Of a stretch of DNA of 44,683 bases, positions 16,241-25,889 are shown one piece after another. The stretch's first letter is position 1, and every line of letters begins with the position of its first letter. The stretch is from Thermodesulfobacteriota bacterium (GTDB taxonomy: Bacteria > Desulfobacterota > Syntrophia > Syntrophales > JADFWA01): contig JAYEGA010000058.1 in the NCBI GenBank assembly GCA_034658835.1, positions 1 through 44,683 of the forward strand, given 5' to 3'. The translations under genes and the position numbers were made by a program. Below the pieces are notes generated by a model, which saw only the letters and a list, made by a program, of their open reading frames with translations, did not search any database and was not told the DNA's origin.

Positions 16241-17080
16241 ATGCAGAATCCATATATGCCGATCCCTGTTGATGTGGAGAAAATTATAACAGAGGTAGAC
16301 ACGAAAGATATCAAGACCTTCAGGGTGGTTTTTGTTCGTGAAGAAGAAAAAGAAAACTTTAAGTATCTGCCGGGGCAGTTTGCCGAGCTTTCTATCTTCG
16401 GCAAGGGGGAATCCCCGATCGGTATTGCATCGTCACCGACGCAGCCGGACTACCTTGAATTTACAGTTCAGAAAGCGGGTGTTGTAACCACTGCGCTTCA
16501 TAATCTTGAGGAAGGAAGCCGGATCGGTATAAGGGGTCCCCTGGGCAATTCGTGGCCCATTGACTATCTCGAGGGGAAAAATATTGTTGTGGTTGGTGGT
16601 GGTTTTGCCTTTACTACTCTCAGGTCTCTGATTAACTATATGATTCACGACAATAACAGGTCACGATTCGGTAATATCACGGTTGTTTACGGGGCAAGGA
16701 GCCCAGGTCTTTTGATCTACAAAGATGAACTTTCCGACTGGGAAAAAAGGGAAGATATTGATATATATGTTACTGTGGATAAGGGAGATGAGACCTGGAA
16801 GGGTAGGGAAGGGTTTGTTCCTACGGTCTGCAAAGAGGTAGGGCCGAGCTCTGAAAATGCCGTGACCTTGATATGCGGGCCACCGATTATGATCCGTTTT
16901 ACACTGCCGGTATTTTTTGAATTAGGTTTTTCCAGAGAGAACATCATTACTTCTCTTGAAATGAGAATGAAGTGCGGGATCGGGAAATGTGGACGTTGTA
17001 ATGTCGGCAATAAATATGTCTGTAAGGATGGACCTATCTTTTCACTGACTGAGCTTGATGAACTTACGAAAGAATATTAG
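16241..17080 (+). CDS. FAD/NAD(P)H-binding oxidoreductase with a C-terminal [2Fe-2S] motif, FlxA / sulfhydrogenase-gamma (HydG) / AsrB / PyrK-like
   Basis: The flavin-binding segment is FKYLPGQFAELSIFG and the NAD-binding segment is VVVGGGFAF. The C-terminal motif is MKCGIGKCGRCNVG. Confidence 0.75.
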   Translation: MQNPYMPIPVDVEKIITEVDTKDIKTFRVVFVREEEKENFKYLPGQFAELSIFGKGESPIGIASSPTQPDYLEFTVQKAGVVTTALHNLEEGSRIGIRGPLGNSWPIDYLEGKNIVVVGGGFAFTTLRSLINYMIHDNNRSRFGNITVVYGARSPGLLIYKDELSDWEKREDIDIYVTVDKGDETWKGREGFVPTVCKEVGPSSENAVTLICGPPIMIRFTLPVFFELGFSRENIITSLEMRMKCGIGKCGRCNVGNKYVCKDGPIFSLTELDELTKEY

Positions 17081-17088
17081 AATTTTTT

Positions 17089-17132
17089 GCAAACGGTGGC
17101 ATATAAGGTGCCTTTTACATGCCACCGTTTGC
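17089..17132. terminator. Strong hairpin between convergent flxA-like and atpB genes, probably a bidirectional terminator
   Basis: A perfect 14-bp stem, GCAAACGGTGGCAT (17089-17102) / ATGCCACCGTTTGC (17119-17132), is preceded by a T6 run. Confidence 0.6.
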
Positions 17133-17160
17133 TGAAAGCTGACGGCTGAAAGCTGATAGC
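17131..17160. repeat. Heptamer-type tandem repeat (GCTGANN)x4
   Basis: The sequence reads GCTGAAA GCTGACG GCTGAAA GCTGATA GC. It lies immediately 3' of atpB. Confidence 0.75.
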
Positions 17161-17164
17161 TCTT

Positions 17165-17821
17165 TTAGTGTGCTTCCTCCATCGCCCCTGCTATATACAT
17201 CATCGACAGCAGTACGAAGACCAGTGTCTGGATTACCGCCACAAGAAATTCAAGCGCAAGAACCGGCAATGGTACAATCAGGGGAACCAGCACAAACAAC
17301 ACACCCAGCATAATGTGTCCACCCTCCATATTTCCGAATAGTCGCACCGAAAGAGACAGAGGACGGGACAGATGACTTATTACCTCAATCGGAAACATAA
17401 GTGGCGTTAGCCACCAGACAGGTCCCAGGAATTGTTTAATGTACTTAAATCCGTGAATCTTGACGCCAATGATATGTGTCGTAACGAAAACGACCAGCGC
17501 CATGGAAACGGTAGTATTGAGATTGCTGGTGGGTCCCTCAAATCCCGGAATCTTCCCTACTATATTTGAGGTCAAAATGAAAAGGGCCAAAGTTGCCATA
17601 AGGGGGAAGAACTTTCTCCCTTCAGGTCCCATGGTATCGACAAGTAAATTGTCTATACCGCCTATGATCACTTCCATAAAATTCTGAAATCTGCCTGGAT
17701 AGATATCCATACGGCGCGTTGCCAGAAAGGAAAACAGGAGCAGGAGTACCATAATGAACCAGGTATAAGTTACATGTGGTGGAAAAAAGTTATTCTCAAA
17801 AAATAAAAAAGAATGCTGCAT
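17165..17821 (-). CDS. atpB: F-type ATP synthase subunit a
   Basis: The conserved region [15 protein letters not shown] contains the essential Arg. The protein has a multi-TM profile and a typical length of 218 aa. Confidence 0.9.
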   Translation of the reverse strand: MQHSFLFFENNFFPPHVTYTWFIMVLLLLFSFLATRRMDIYPGRFQNFMEVIIGGIDNLLVDTMGPEGRKFFPLMATLALFILTSNIVGKIPGFEGPTSNLNTTVSMALVVFVTTHIIGVKIHGFKYIKQFLGPVWWLTPLMFPIEVISHLSRPLSLSVRLFGNMEGGHIMLGVLFVLVPLIVPLPVLALEFLVAVIQTLVFVLLSMMYIAGAMEEAH

Positions 17822-17824
17822 CGC

Positions 17825-18220
17825 TTATTTGACCTCCTCAGCGTAGTTTTTTTTTGAAAGCTCAATAACTGTTGTAAATATAATGCTTATTACAACTATG
17901 GAAAGTCCGACTATCAAACCAATCACATCGACAGATGTTTGTGTAATGACAAGAAAAAGCACAATTGCCGTGACGGCTAATCTGATATAGTATTTGAATA
18001 CTACAACTGACGTCGTACTATCTGTAACCCTCTCAAATGCCTTTCGAAGGTTCTGGTAAAGCCAGTAAAAATTTATGATGCTTACAAGGCCGCCCAACAG
18101 TATCCCGAGAGTAAACCTGTGTGACATAAAGATTAAGCTGACTGTGAGAAAAATCCCGAGGATAATCCAGTTTCTCACCTTAAGCTTTCTGGGGATCTGG
18201 TCTTCTTCTGTGCGGTTCAT
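17825..18220 (-). CDS. atpI: ATP synthase protein I-like small membrane protein
   Basis: This 131-aa four-TM protein lies directly upstream of atpB. The listed ATG overlaps the upstream gene by 41 nt; a GTG start at 18178 is an alternative. Confidence 0.6.
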   Translation of the reverse strand: MNRTEEDQIPRKLKVRNWIILGIFLTVSLIFMSHRFTLGILLGGLVSIINFYWLYQNLRKAFERVTDSTTSVVVFKYYIRLAVTAIVLFLVITQTSVDVIGLIVGLSIVVISIIFTTVIELSKKNYAEEVK

Positions 18221-18464
18221 ATTTTAAACGCTTTATTATAGGCTTTTCATCTCTGAAGTTCTTTTTGATCACATAATATACATTCCTGAATCCCGCAGTA
18301 GTCCCTATGAGAAAAAACAGCAGTGCAAGTTTATGTCCTGTCCCAAGTTTCCGATCCAGGTATGCTCCAACAAGGAGACCTCCAGCACTCATGATGACCA
18401 TCGCAAAACCGAGGCTGCTGACATGAGCCATCTGGATCATGGATGTTTTCATTTCTTTATCCAT
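18180..18464 (-). CDS. AtpZ/AtpR-type small membrane protein ('F0F1-ATPase gene 1' family)
   Basis: There are two TM helices, with the motifs LGFAMVIMSAGGLLVGAYLDRKLGT and LLFFLIGTTAGFRNVY. The position upstream of atpI-atpB fits. The start is uncertain; I use the ATG at 18464, whereas the track's start at 18506 overlaps the fcl stop. Confidence 0.6.
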   Translation of the reverse strand: MDKEMKTSMIQMAHVSSLGFAMVIMSAGGLLVGAYLDRKLGTGHKLALLFFLIGTTAGFRNVYYVIKKNFRDEKPIIKRLKYEPHRRRPDPQKA

Positions 18465-18502
18465 TGCAAACCAAGATCTTCTATCACAAAGCGCAGGGGA
18501 AG

Positions 18503-20495
<1,993 letters not shown>

Positions 20496-20597
20496 TTAAA
20501 AACACCTCCCACGTGGGTTCAGTGTTACGAATATTATCTTCATCGAACTTTGAAATCAAGGAAATAAAAGGTCTTGAGGAGAGAGGGGTTTTTAAAA

Positions 20598-20646
20598 AGA
20601 AAAAAAGGGCACCGTATTGGTAAAAATAACTTTTACCCCGGTGCCC
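20598..20646 (-). terminator. Rho-independent terminator ending the long minus-strand MMC operon
   Basis: On the minus strand, GGGCACCG...CGGTGCCC (with an inner GGTAAAA/TTTTACC extension) is followed by a T7 run, just after the carboxyltransferase stop at 20670. Confidence 0.65.
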
Positions 20647-20669
20647 CATTTTTAAAGCTTCAACTTGTC

Positions 20670-22247
20670 TTACTCCGGCATAAGCTCGTGCTTCTTATAT
20701 GGCAACTTAACATCCTTGTCCTTGAATAGCTTAAGTGCCTTGCATACAAGAGGTCTTGTTTCTACAGGATCTATAACACTATCCAGATTAAGATTAGCTG
20801 CCGGTGTAGTGGCTATCAGGAAGAGGTTTCTATACTCTTTCAGCAACTCCGCTCGCTTCGCATTGGGATCTTCTGCCGCCTTTATCGCTTTGCGCTCGAT
20901 GACATTTACTGCGCCTGCCGGCCCCATAACCGCCATTTCACATCCGGGCCATACCATAACAATATCCGCACCCATGTCCTTGGAGCACATGCCCAGATAA
21001 GAACCCCCGTATGCCTTCCTGGTAACCACGGTTATCTCAGGCACTGTTGCTTCAGCATAGGAATAAAGCATTTTTGCCCCATGTCTGATTATACCCATCC
21101 ATTCCTGGTCTGTTCCCGGCAGATATCCGGGAACATCAACAAGATTCAGTATTGGGATGTTATAAGCATCGCAGAACCTGATGAACCTGGAGCCTTTATC
21201 GGAACAGTTTACATCAAGAGAGGCTGCCAGAACCATAGGATTCTGTGCCAGTATACCTACCGTATTTCCATCCATTCTGGCCAGGGCACATATAAGGTTT
21301 CTGGCATACCGATCCTGCCAATCCATAAAGTCCCCATTGTCCACTATTGTTCCTATAAGCTTTTTCATATTAAAAGGTCTTGTCGGGCTGTCAGGAACAA
21401 AACTGGCCAGTTCCGGTGAGGTTCTATCCGGTGGATCACCGGTTTCAACATGTGGTGGTTTCTCCTTGGCGCTTCCCGGCATAAAACTGAGGAACCTCTT
21501 TATCTGCTCAATGCAATCATCTTCGCTCTTAACGAAGAATGTGGAAACCCCACTCGTCCCGCTGTGAACACCTGCTCCACCAATATCCTCATCCTCAACT
21601 TCCTCGTCAGTAGCTGCCTTTATTGTAGCCGGATCATTGGCGTACATTTTGGTTATCTTATCCACTGTGAATACACAGTCCGCGAGGCCCGGGATAAGAG
21701 TAATTCCGCCTGTGCATGACCCCATAACAGCGCAGAGTTGAGGTATGGCTCCCGAAAAGAGGGTCATGTTATATACTATATCTCCAAGGCCGCTCAGTGA
21801 ATCGGGTCCTTCTTTTACCCTTAAACCTTCCGAGTCGATAACATACAGCATGGGACAGCCAACGTTATTAGCCTCTTTCATGACTCTCACTATCTTATCT
21901 GCGTGTATTTTTCCCAGCGTTCCACCCATAACCGTAATGTCCTGGAAGGCGCTGTAAAGAATCCTCCCATTGACGGTTCCGTATCCCGTTACCACGGCAT
22001 CCGCCGGTGTATCTTCCTTAAATACATCATAATGTGGAGTTACGGATTTACAAAATACACCTGTTTCGACAAAGGTTCCCGGGTCATAAAGCTTTTCCAG
22101 CCTCTCCCTTGCCGTATATTTTTCCATGTCGTGCTGGCGCTTTATTGCTTTCTTGCCGCCCATTTCATGGATTTTTGCCTCTAACTTCTTCATATGTTCA
22201 ATCTTTTCCAACGTACCCATATCGTCAAATGTTTTCTTCTCTGCCAT
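20670..22247 (-). CDS. Acyl-CoA carboxyltransferase (12S / PccB family), paralog A: N-domain motifs degenerate, C-domain motifs canonical
   Basis: The C-domain motifs VDVPGYLPGTDQE, GIIRHGAKMLY, TRKAYGGSY and the LPYKKH tail are conserved. The N-domain reads DSEGLRVKEG, GSCTGGITLIPG and MYANDP where the family consensus is DSGGARIQEG, AGGxVYSPA and MFITGP. Confidence 0.85.
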   Translation of the reverse strand: MAEKKTFDDMGTLEKIEHMKKLEAKIHEMGGKKAIKRQHDMEKYTARERLEKLYDPGTFVETGVFCKSVTPHYDVFKEDTPADAVVTGYGTVNGRILYSAFQDITVMGGTLGKIHADKIVRVMKEANNVGCPMLYVIDSEGLRVKEGPDSLSGLGDIVYNMTLFSGAIPQLCAVMGSCTGGITLIPGLADCVFTVDKITKMYANDPATIKAATDEEVEDEDIGGAGVHSGTSGVSTFFVKSEDDCIEQIKRFLSFMPGSAKEKPPHVETGDPPDRTSPELASFVPDSPTRPFNMKKLIGTIVDNGDFMDWQDRYARNLICALARMDGNTVGILAQNPMVLAASLDVNCSDKGSRFIRFCDAYNIPILNLVDVPGYLPGTDQEWMGIIRHGAKMLYSYAEATVPEITVVTRKAYGGSYLGMCSKDMGADIVMVWPGCEMAVMGPAGAVNVIERKAIKAAEDPNAKRAELLKEYRNLFLIATTPAANLNLDSVIDPVETRPLVCKALKLFKDKDVKLPYKKHELMPE

Positions 22248-22293
22248 AGGAAACCTCCTTTGATTTATACTTTACCCCTTATTCTAACCGGTT

Positions 22294-23916
22294 CTAATGC
22301 GGTTTGACGTTGTGTTTCTTATACGGTAAATCGATCTCTTTCTTTTCAAACATCTTAAGCGCTTTACATATAAGGGGCCTGGTGTCAGCAGCATCTATGA
22401 TCTCGTCAATGTATAACTTAGCCGCTGGTACAGCCGGATCTGAGAAACGAGACCTGTAATCCAGCTCATCTCCCCCAATGGTAGCCACTGCGCTTTCAGG
22501 GCTCGCAGCCGCCATCTCACATGTGGGCCATGCCAGAACTAAGTCCGAACCCAGGTCCTTGGAGCCGATGAGAGCCGGCGCTCCAAACGCCTTCCTGGTT
22601 ATAACGGTTATTTTGGGAACAATAGCCTCAGCATAAGCCTGGATCAGCTTTGCCACATGCCTGATTATGCCGCCTACCTCCTGGTCCTTTCCGGCAGCAT
22701 ATTCGGAGGCATCAACGAAGCTTATAATGGGTACATTGTATGCATCACACAACCTCATGAATCTGGATCCCTTGTCACCGGAGTTTATATCCAGGGCACC
22801 ATTAAGATGCATCGGATTCTGCGCTATTATTCCTACTGAAGCTCCATTCATCCTGGCAAAAGCGCATATGAGGTTTGGTGCAAAGAGTTCCTGCCATTCA
22901 AAGAAGTCTCCATTATCGACTACTGTTTCTATGACCTTCTTCATGTCAAATGGCTCGGTCAGACTATCAGGAATTATCTTCCTCAATTCCGGTGTGGTTC
23001 TGTCCGCTGGATCACCGGTTTCGACATATGGAGGTTTCTCCTTGGCGCTTCCCGGCAAGAAGCTGAGCAGTTTCTTTATCTGCCATATGCATTCGTCTTC
23101 GTCCCTGGCGTAAAATGTGCCGTTTCCACTTCGTTCACAATTAACCCTGGCGCCGCCAAGTTCTTCCTTTCCAACCTCCTGTCCCAGAATTGCCTTTATC
23201 ACTATTGGCCCGGTGATGAACATCTCAGTTTCACCTTCCACTGTGAATATACAATCCATCAGCGCCGGTGAATAGACGGCCCCTCCGGCACAGGGTCCAA
23301 TAATGGCACAGAGCTGTGGAACACAACCCGAATATATACTGTTGGTATAGAAGAGATCGCCATAGCCGGCCAGTGAATCGGTTCCCTCCTGTATTCTGGC
23401 TCCACCGGAATCGGCAATATACAATATGGGACAGCTATTCTGAACTGCCTCACCCGCGACCCTTTTTATTTTATCCGCGTGTGTTTTTCCCAGCGTTCCA
23501 CCCCAACATGTAAAGTCCTGAAGGAAAGCATAAACAGGCCTTCCTTCGATAAGTCCATAACCTGCTGCTATACCATCTGCAGGAATATCCTCCAATGGGA
23601 CTTTGTACATATCGTAATGGAGACATGAAGATTTGCAATGCAGGCCAATCTCGACGAATGTTCCGGGGTCAAATAGCAGATCGATTCTTTCTCTTATAGT
23701 ATATTTGCCTCTTTCATGCTGTCGATTTATCCCCCTTATACCACCCATCCGCTCCAGAACGCCCTTGCGTGCCTGGAAGACCTCATATTTCTCTTCTGTG
23801 GTCAACTCAGGCCATTTTTTGTCCTTATACTTCTCTGTAACTTCCTTATACTTCTCTTCCCTTTCAGTAGCCCACTCTTCTGTAGTGGTCCATTTTGATT
23901 CTTTCCCCTCAGCCAT
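22294..23916 (-). CDS. Acyl-CoA carboxyltransferase (12S / PccB family), paralog B: N-domain motifs canonical, C-domain motifs degenerate
   Basis: The N-domain motifs DSGGARIQEG, GPCAGGAVYSPAL and MFITGP are conserved. The C-domain reads VDASEYAAGKDQE, GIIRHVAKLIQ and TRKAFGAPAL where the family consensus is VDVPGFLPG, GIIRRGAKLLY and RKAYGGAY. Confidence 0.85.
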   Translation of the reverse strand: MAEGKESKWTTTEEWATEREEKYKEVTEKYKDKKWPELTTEEKYEVFQARKGVLERMGGIRGINRQHERGKYTIRERIDLLFDPGTFVEIGLHCKSSCLHYDMYKVPLEDIPADGIAAGYGLIEGRPVYAFLQDFTCWGGTLGKTHADKIKRVAGEAVQNSCPILYIADSGGARIQEGTDSLAGYGDLFYTNSIYSGCVPQLCAIIGPCAGGAVYSPALMDCIFTVEGETEMFITGPIVIKAILGQEVGKEELGGARVNCERSGNGTFYARDEDECIWQIKKLLSFLPGSAKEKPPYVETGDPADRTTPELRKIIPDSLTEPFDMKKVIETVVDNGDFFEWQELFAPNLICAFARMNGASVGIIAQNPMHLNGALDINSGDKGSRFMRLCDAYNVPIISFVDASEYAAGKDQEVGGIIRHVAKLIQAYAEAIVPKITVITRKAFGAPALIGSKDLGSDLVLAWPTCEMAAASPESAVATIGGDELDYRSRFSDPAVPAAKLYIDEIIDAADTRPLICKALKMFEKKEIDLPYKKHNVKPH

Positions 23917-23976
23917 AAGATACCTCCTTATTTATACTTGGTTTAACTTTGGTGGTCTCGTGAAAAATTCACACAG

Positions 23977-24095
23977 TGTCATTCTGAGGAGTCCTGAGTG
24001 TAAACGAAGAAACTTGACGAAGAATCTCAACAATACCTGCCTGCCGCGCTGCGGCGCAGGCAGGTCAGATTCTTCTCTATTGCTCAGAATGACAT
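23977..24095. repeat. REP/MITE-like nested palindromic intergenic element (~120 bp)
   Basis: The outer arms are TGTCATTCTGAG (23977-23988) / CTCAGAATGACA (24084-24095). The inner arms are GAAGAATCT/AGATTCTTC and ACCTGCCTGC/GCAGGCAGGT. The 5' end, GTCATTCTGAGGAGT, resembles GTCATTGCGAGGAGT at 37023. Confidence 0.7.
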
Positions 24096-24218
24096 TTGAA
24101 AAAGGACTCCTTGATGCTCTGAATATTTTCTGCTCGCAGAGTCCTGTTTCACCTTTAAATGTTCCGGTTCTCTTCCCAACCGGGCGATTATACCCGGATA
24201 ACCCTTCCAGCGTTGCTT

Positions 24219-25034
24219 TTACTGTTCAACCGTAAAAGCAGGAGCTTCAATCTTCGGCTCGGGCTTACCAGTGGGAGGACCTATCACTTTGGCTGGTTCT
24301 TTCTTGCCCTTCAGTCTCAGGTAACCCAAAACCAGTTCCCTTTTCATGAGCTGGATAGCCCGGGCCGGGTCTACTCCTTTAGGACATACGTTAGAACACT
24401 CCCCGGCATAATGACAGCTAAAAACACCGTGGGATGAGGTCACCACATCGGCTCTGTTCTTTTCACCATCGTCACGAGTATCTGCATTATAGCGGTATGC
24501 CTGGGTAAGGGGCATCGGTCCAAGAAATTCCCGGTCTGTGGCAGATCCGGGACAGGCAGATATACAACAACCGCACTTCATGCAATAGGTGAACTGAAGA
24601 TATTCTTCGAGTTCTTCGGTAGATTGTATGTATTCCCGTGTAGGGTTTTCCATCTCTTCGGTATCTGCCCGCTGGAGATAAGGCATGACGGAAGCATGCT
24701 TATCTAACATCGGAATTAAGTCAGGTACCAGGTCTCTAATTACATGGAAGTTTGGAAGTGGCGCAAGGGTCAGTACCTTATCAGTTACGTGCAGAATCTG
24801 GGTGTTGCAGGACATAGTAGGTGTTCCATTTATTAACATGGCGCAGGAACCACATACCCCCATTCTGCATGAAAAGCGATAGGAAAGACTTGCGTCCTGA
24901 TTCTCCTTAATCCAATGCAAACCATCCAGCACGGTCATCCCTTCTTCTACAGGGACAGTAAATTGCTGCCACCGAGGAGCCTTGTCCTCCTCGGGATTAA
25001 AACGTCTGATATTAAAAGTAATGTTAGTTGCCAT
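24219..25034 (-). CDS. sdhB: Succinate dehydrogenase / fumarate reductase iron-sulfur subunit
   Basis: The three cluster motifs are CRMGVCGSCAMLING, CMKCGCCISACP and CHYAGECSNVCPKGV. Confidence 0.9.
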   Translation of the reverse strand: MATNITFNIRRFNPEEDKAPRWQQFTVPVEEGMTVLDGLHWIKENQDASLSYRFSCRMGVCGSCAMLINGTPTMSCNTQILHVTDKVLTLAPLPNFHVIRDLVPDLIPMLDKHASVMPYLQRADTEEMENPTREYIQSTEELEEYLQFTYCMKCGCCISACPGSATDREFLGPMPLTQAYRYNADTRDDGEKNRADVVTSSHGVFSCHYAGECSNVCPKGVDPARAIQLMKRELVLGYLRLKGKKEPAKVIGPPTGKPEPKIEAPAFTVEQ

Positions 25035-25047
25035 TTTATTGTCCTTT

Positions 25048-25422
25048 CTAAAGAGCTGTTTCTACTGTTCGCACTGCGATAGCAGCATAAGTTCCAACGA
25101 TGAAAAGAACGATACCTACTGCCCAAAAAAAGGCAGTCCAGACCCGCTCAACCTGTTTTCTGGGCCCCATTTCAAATACAATTGTGCGTAGCCCGTAAAA
25201 TCCATGGTAGAGCGCTGCTGCCAGCAGGATGATATAAGTGAAAGTAAAGAATCCGGACTTACTTCGATAAATCACATTATCCCAGTCAAGTGCCGAGCCT
25301 CCAGCGGGGTTAAAGATTCCAAGAATTCCATCCAGGTGTTGAATCATCATGTGTAACCCAAGAAGGACAAAAATTACAACTCCTGCAATGATAAAAAATA
25401 TCCAAGAACCACTTTTATTCAT
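25048..25422 (-). CDS. sdhD: Succinate dehydrogenase small hydrophobic anchor subunit (SdhD-like)
   Basis: This 124-aa protein has three predicted TM helices and the His-containing motif LYHGFYGLR. It lies between the sdhC-like gene and sdhB. Confidence 0.6.
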   Translation of the reverse strand: MNKSGSWIFFIIAGVVIFVLLGLHMMIQHLDGILGIFNPAGGSALDWDNVIYRSKSGFFTFTYIILLAAALYHGFYGLRTIVFEMGPRKQVERVWTAFFWAVGIVLFIVGTYAAIAVRTVETAL

Positions 25423-25440
25423 AATAAAAACCTCCTTTAT

Positions 25441-25878
25441 TTATGCTAAAAAGAAAATATCGATTCCTCCCACTACTATGATAATACCAGCAATTACCAT
25501 TACTGCTATCCTCAGGGATCGCTGCACATCGAGTGATGACTGGTAAGGGTAGACCGGTTGCTCCGGCTTTCCTACCATGAATCCCAACTCGATCAGAATA
25601 AGCCGGATGCCATTCAGGGCATGAAAAGCAAAACCTATGAAGACAAAGGCCTCACCGATCTTAAAGACGGGATTTTGCAGAACGATCATCGTTACTTTCC
25701 AACTTTCCGGACCGAAGACTCTTCCAGAACTTGCAAATATATGAATCACGAAAAAGAGCAGGATACCTACTCCAGTAATCCTGTGGAGAGTATATAGATA
25801 ACGTTCTATTCCCCACTTACCACCTATTGCCCATCCCAACAATTCCAAGTGATTATCGTATCTCTTATTGTTTTCCAT
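25441..25878 (-). CDS. sdhC: Succinate dehydrogenase cytochrome-b-type anchor subunit (SdhC-like)
   Basis: This 145-aa protein has three predicted TM helices and the motifs LHRITG and FHALNGIR. It lies directly downstream of sdhA. Confidence 0.65.
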   Translation of the reverse strand: MENNKRYDNHLELLGWAIGGKWGIERYLYTLHRITGVGILLFFVIHIFASSGRVFGPESWKVTMIVLQNPVFKIGEAFVFIGFAFHALNGIRLILIELGFMVGKPEQPVYPYQSSLDVQRSLRIAVMVIAGIIIVVGGIDIFFLA

Positions 25879-25889
25879 ACTTCATCTCC

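Noticed and set aside
17096-17123. Sigma-54-like GG-N10-GC matches on both strands: TGGCATATAAGGTGCC on the plus strand and TGGCATGTAAAAGGCA on the minus strand.
   Set aside because: They lie in the loop and stem of the terminator hairpin between convergent genes. They would drive only antisense transcription, and their -12 elements (GTGCC/AGGCA) are poor. The match is most likely a by-product of the palindrome.
23633-24437. Plus-strand ORFs (23633-24235 and 24159-24437) in and around the sdhB/carboxyltransferase gap.
   Set aside because: They run through the REP-like palindrome and antisense into flanking genes. They have no SD and no recognisable motifs.
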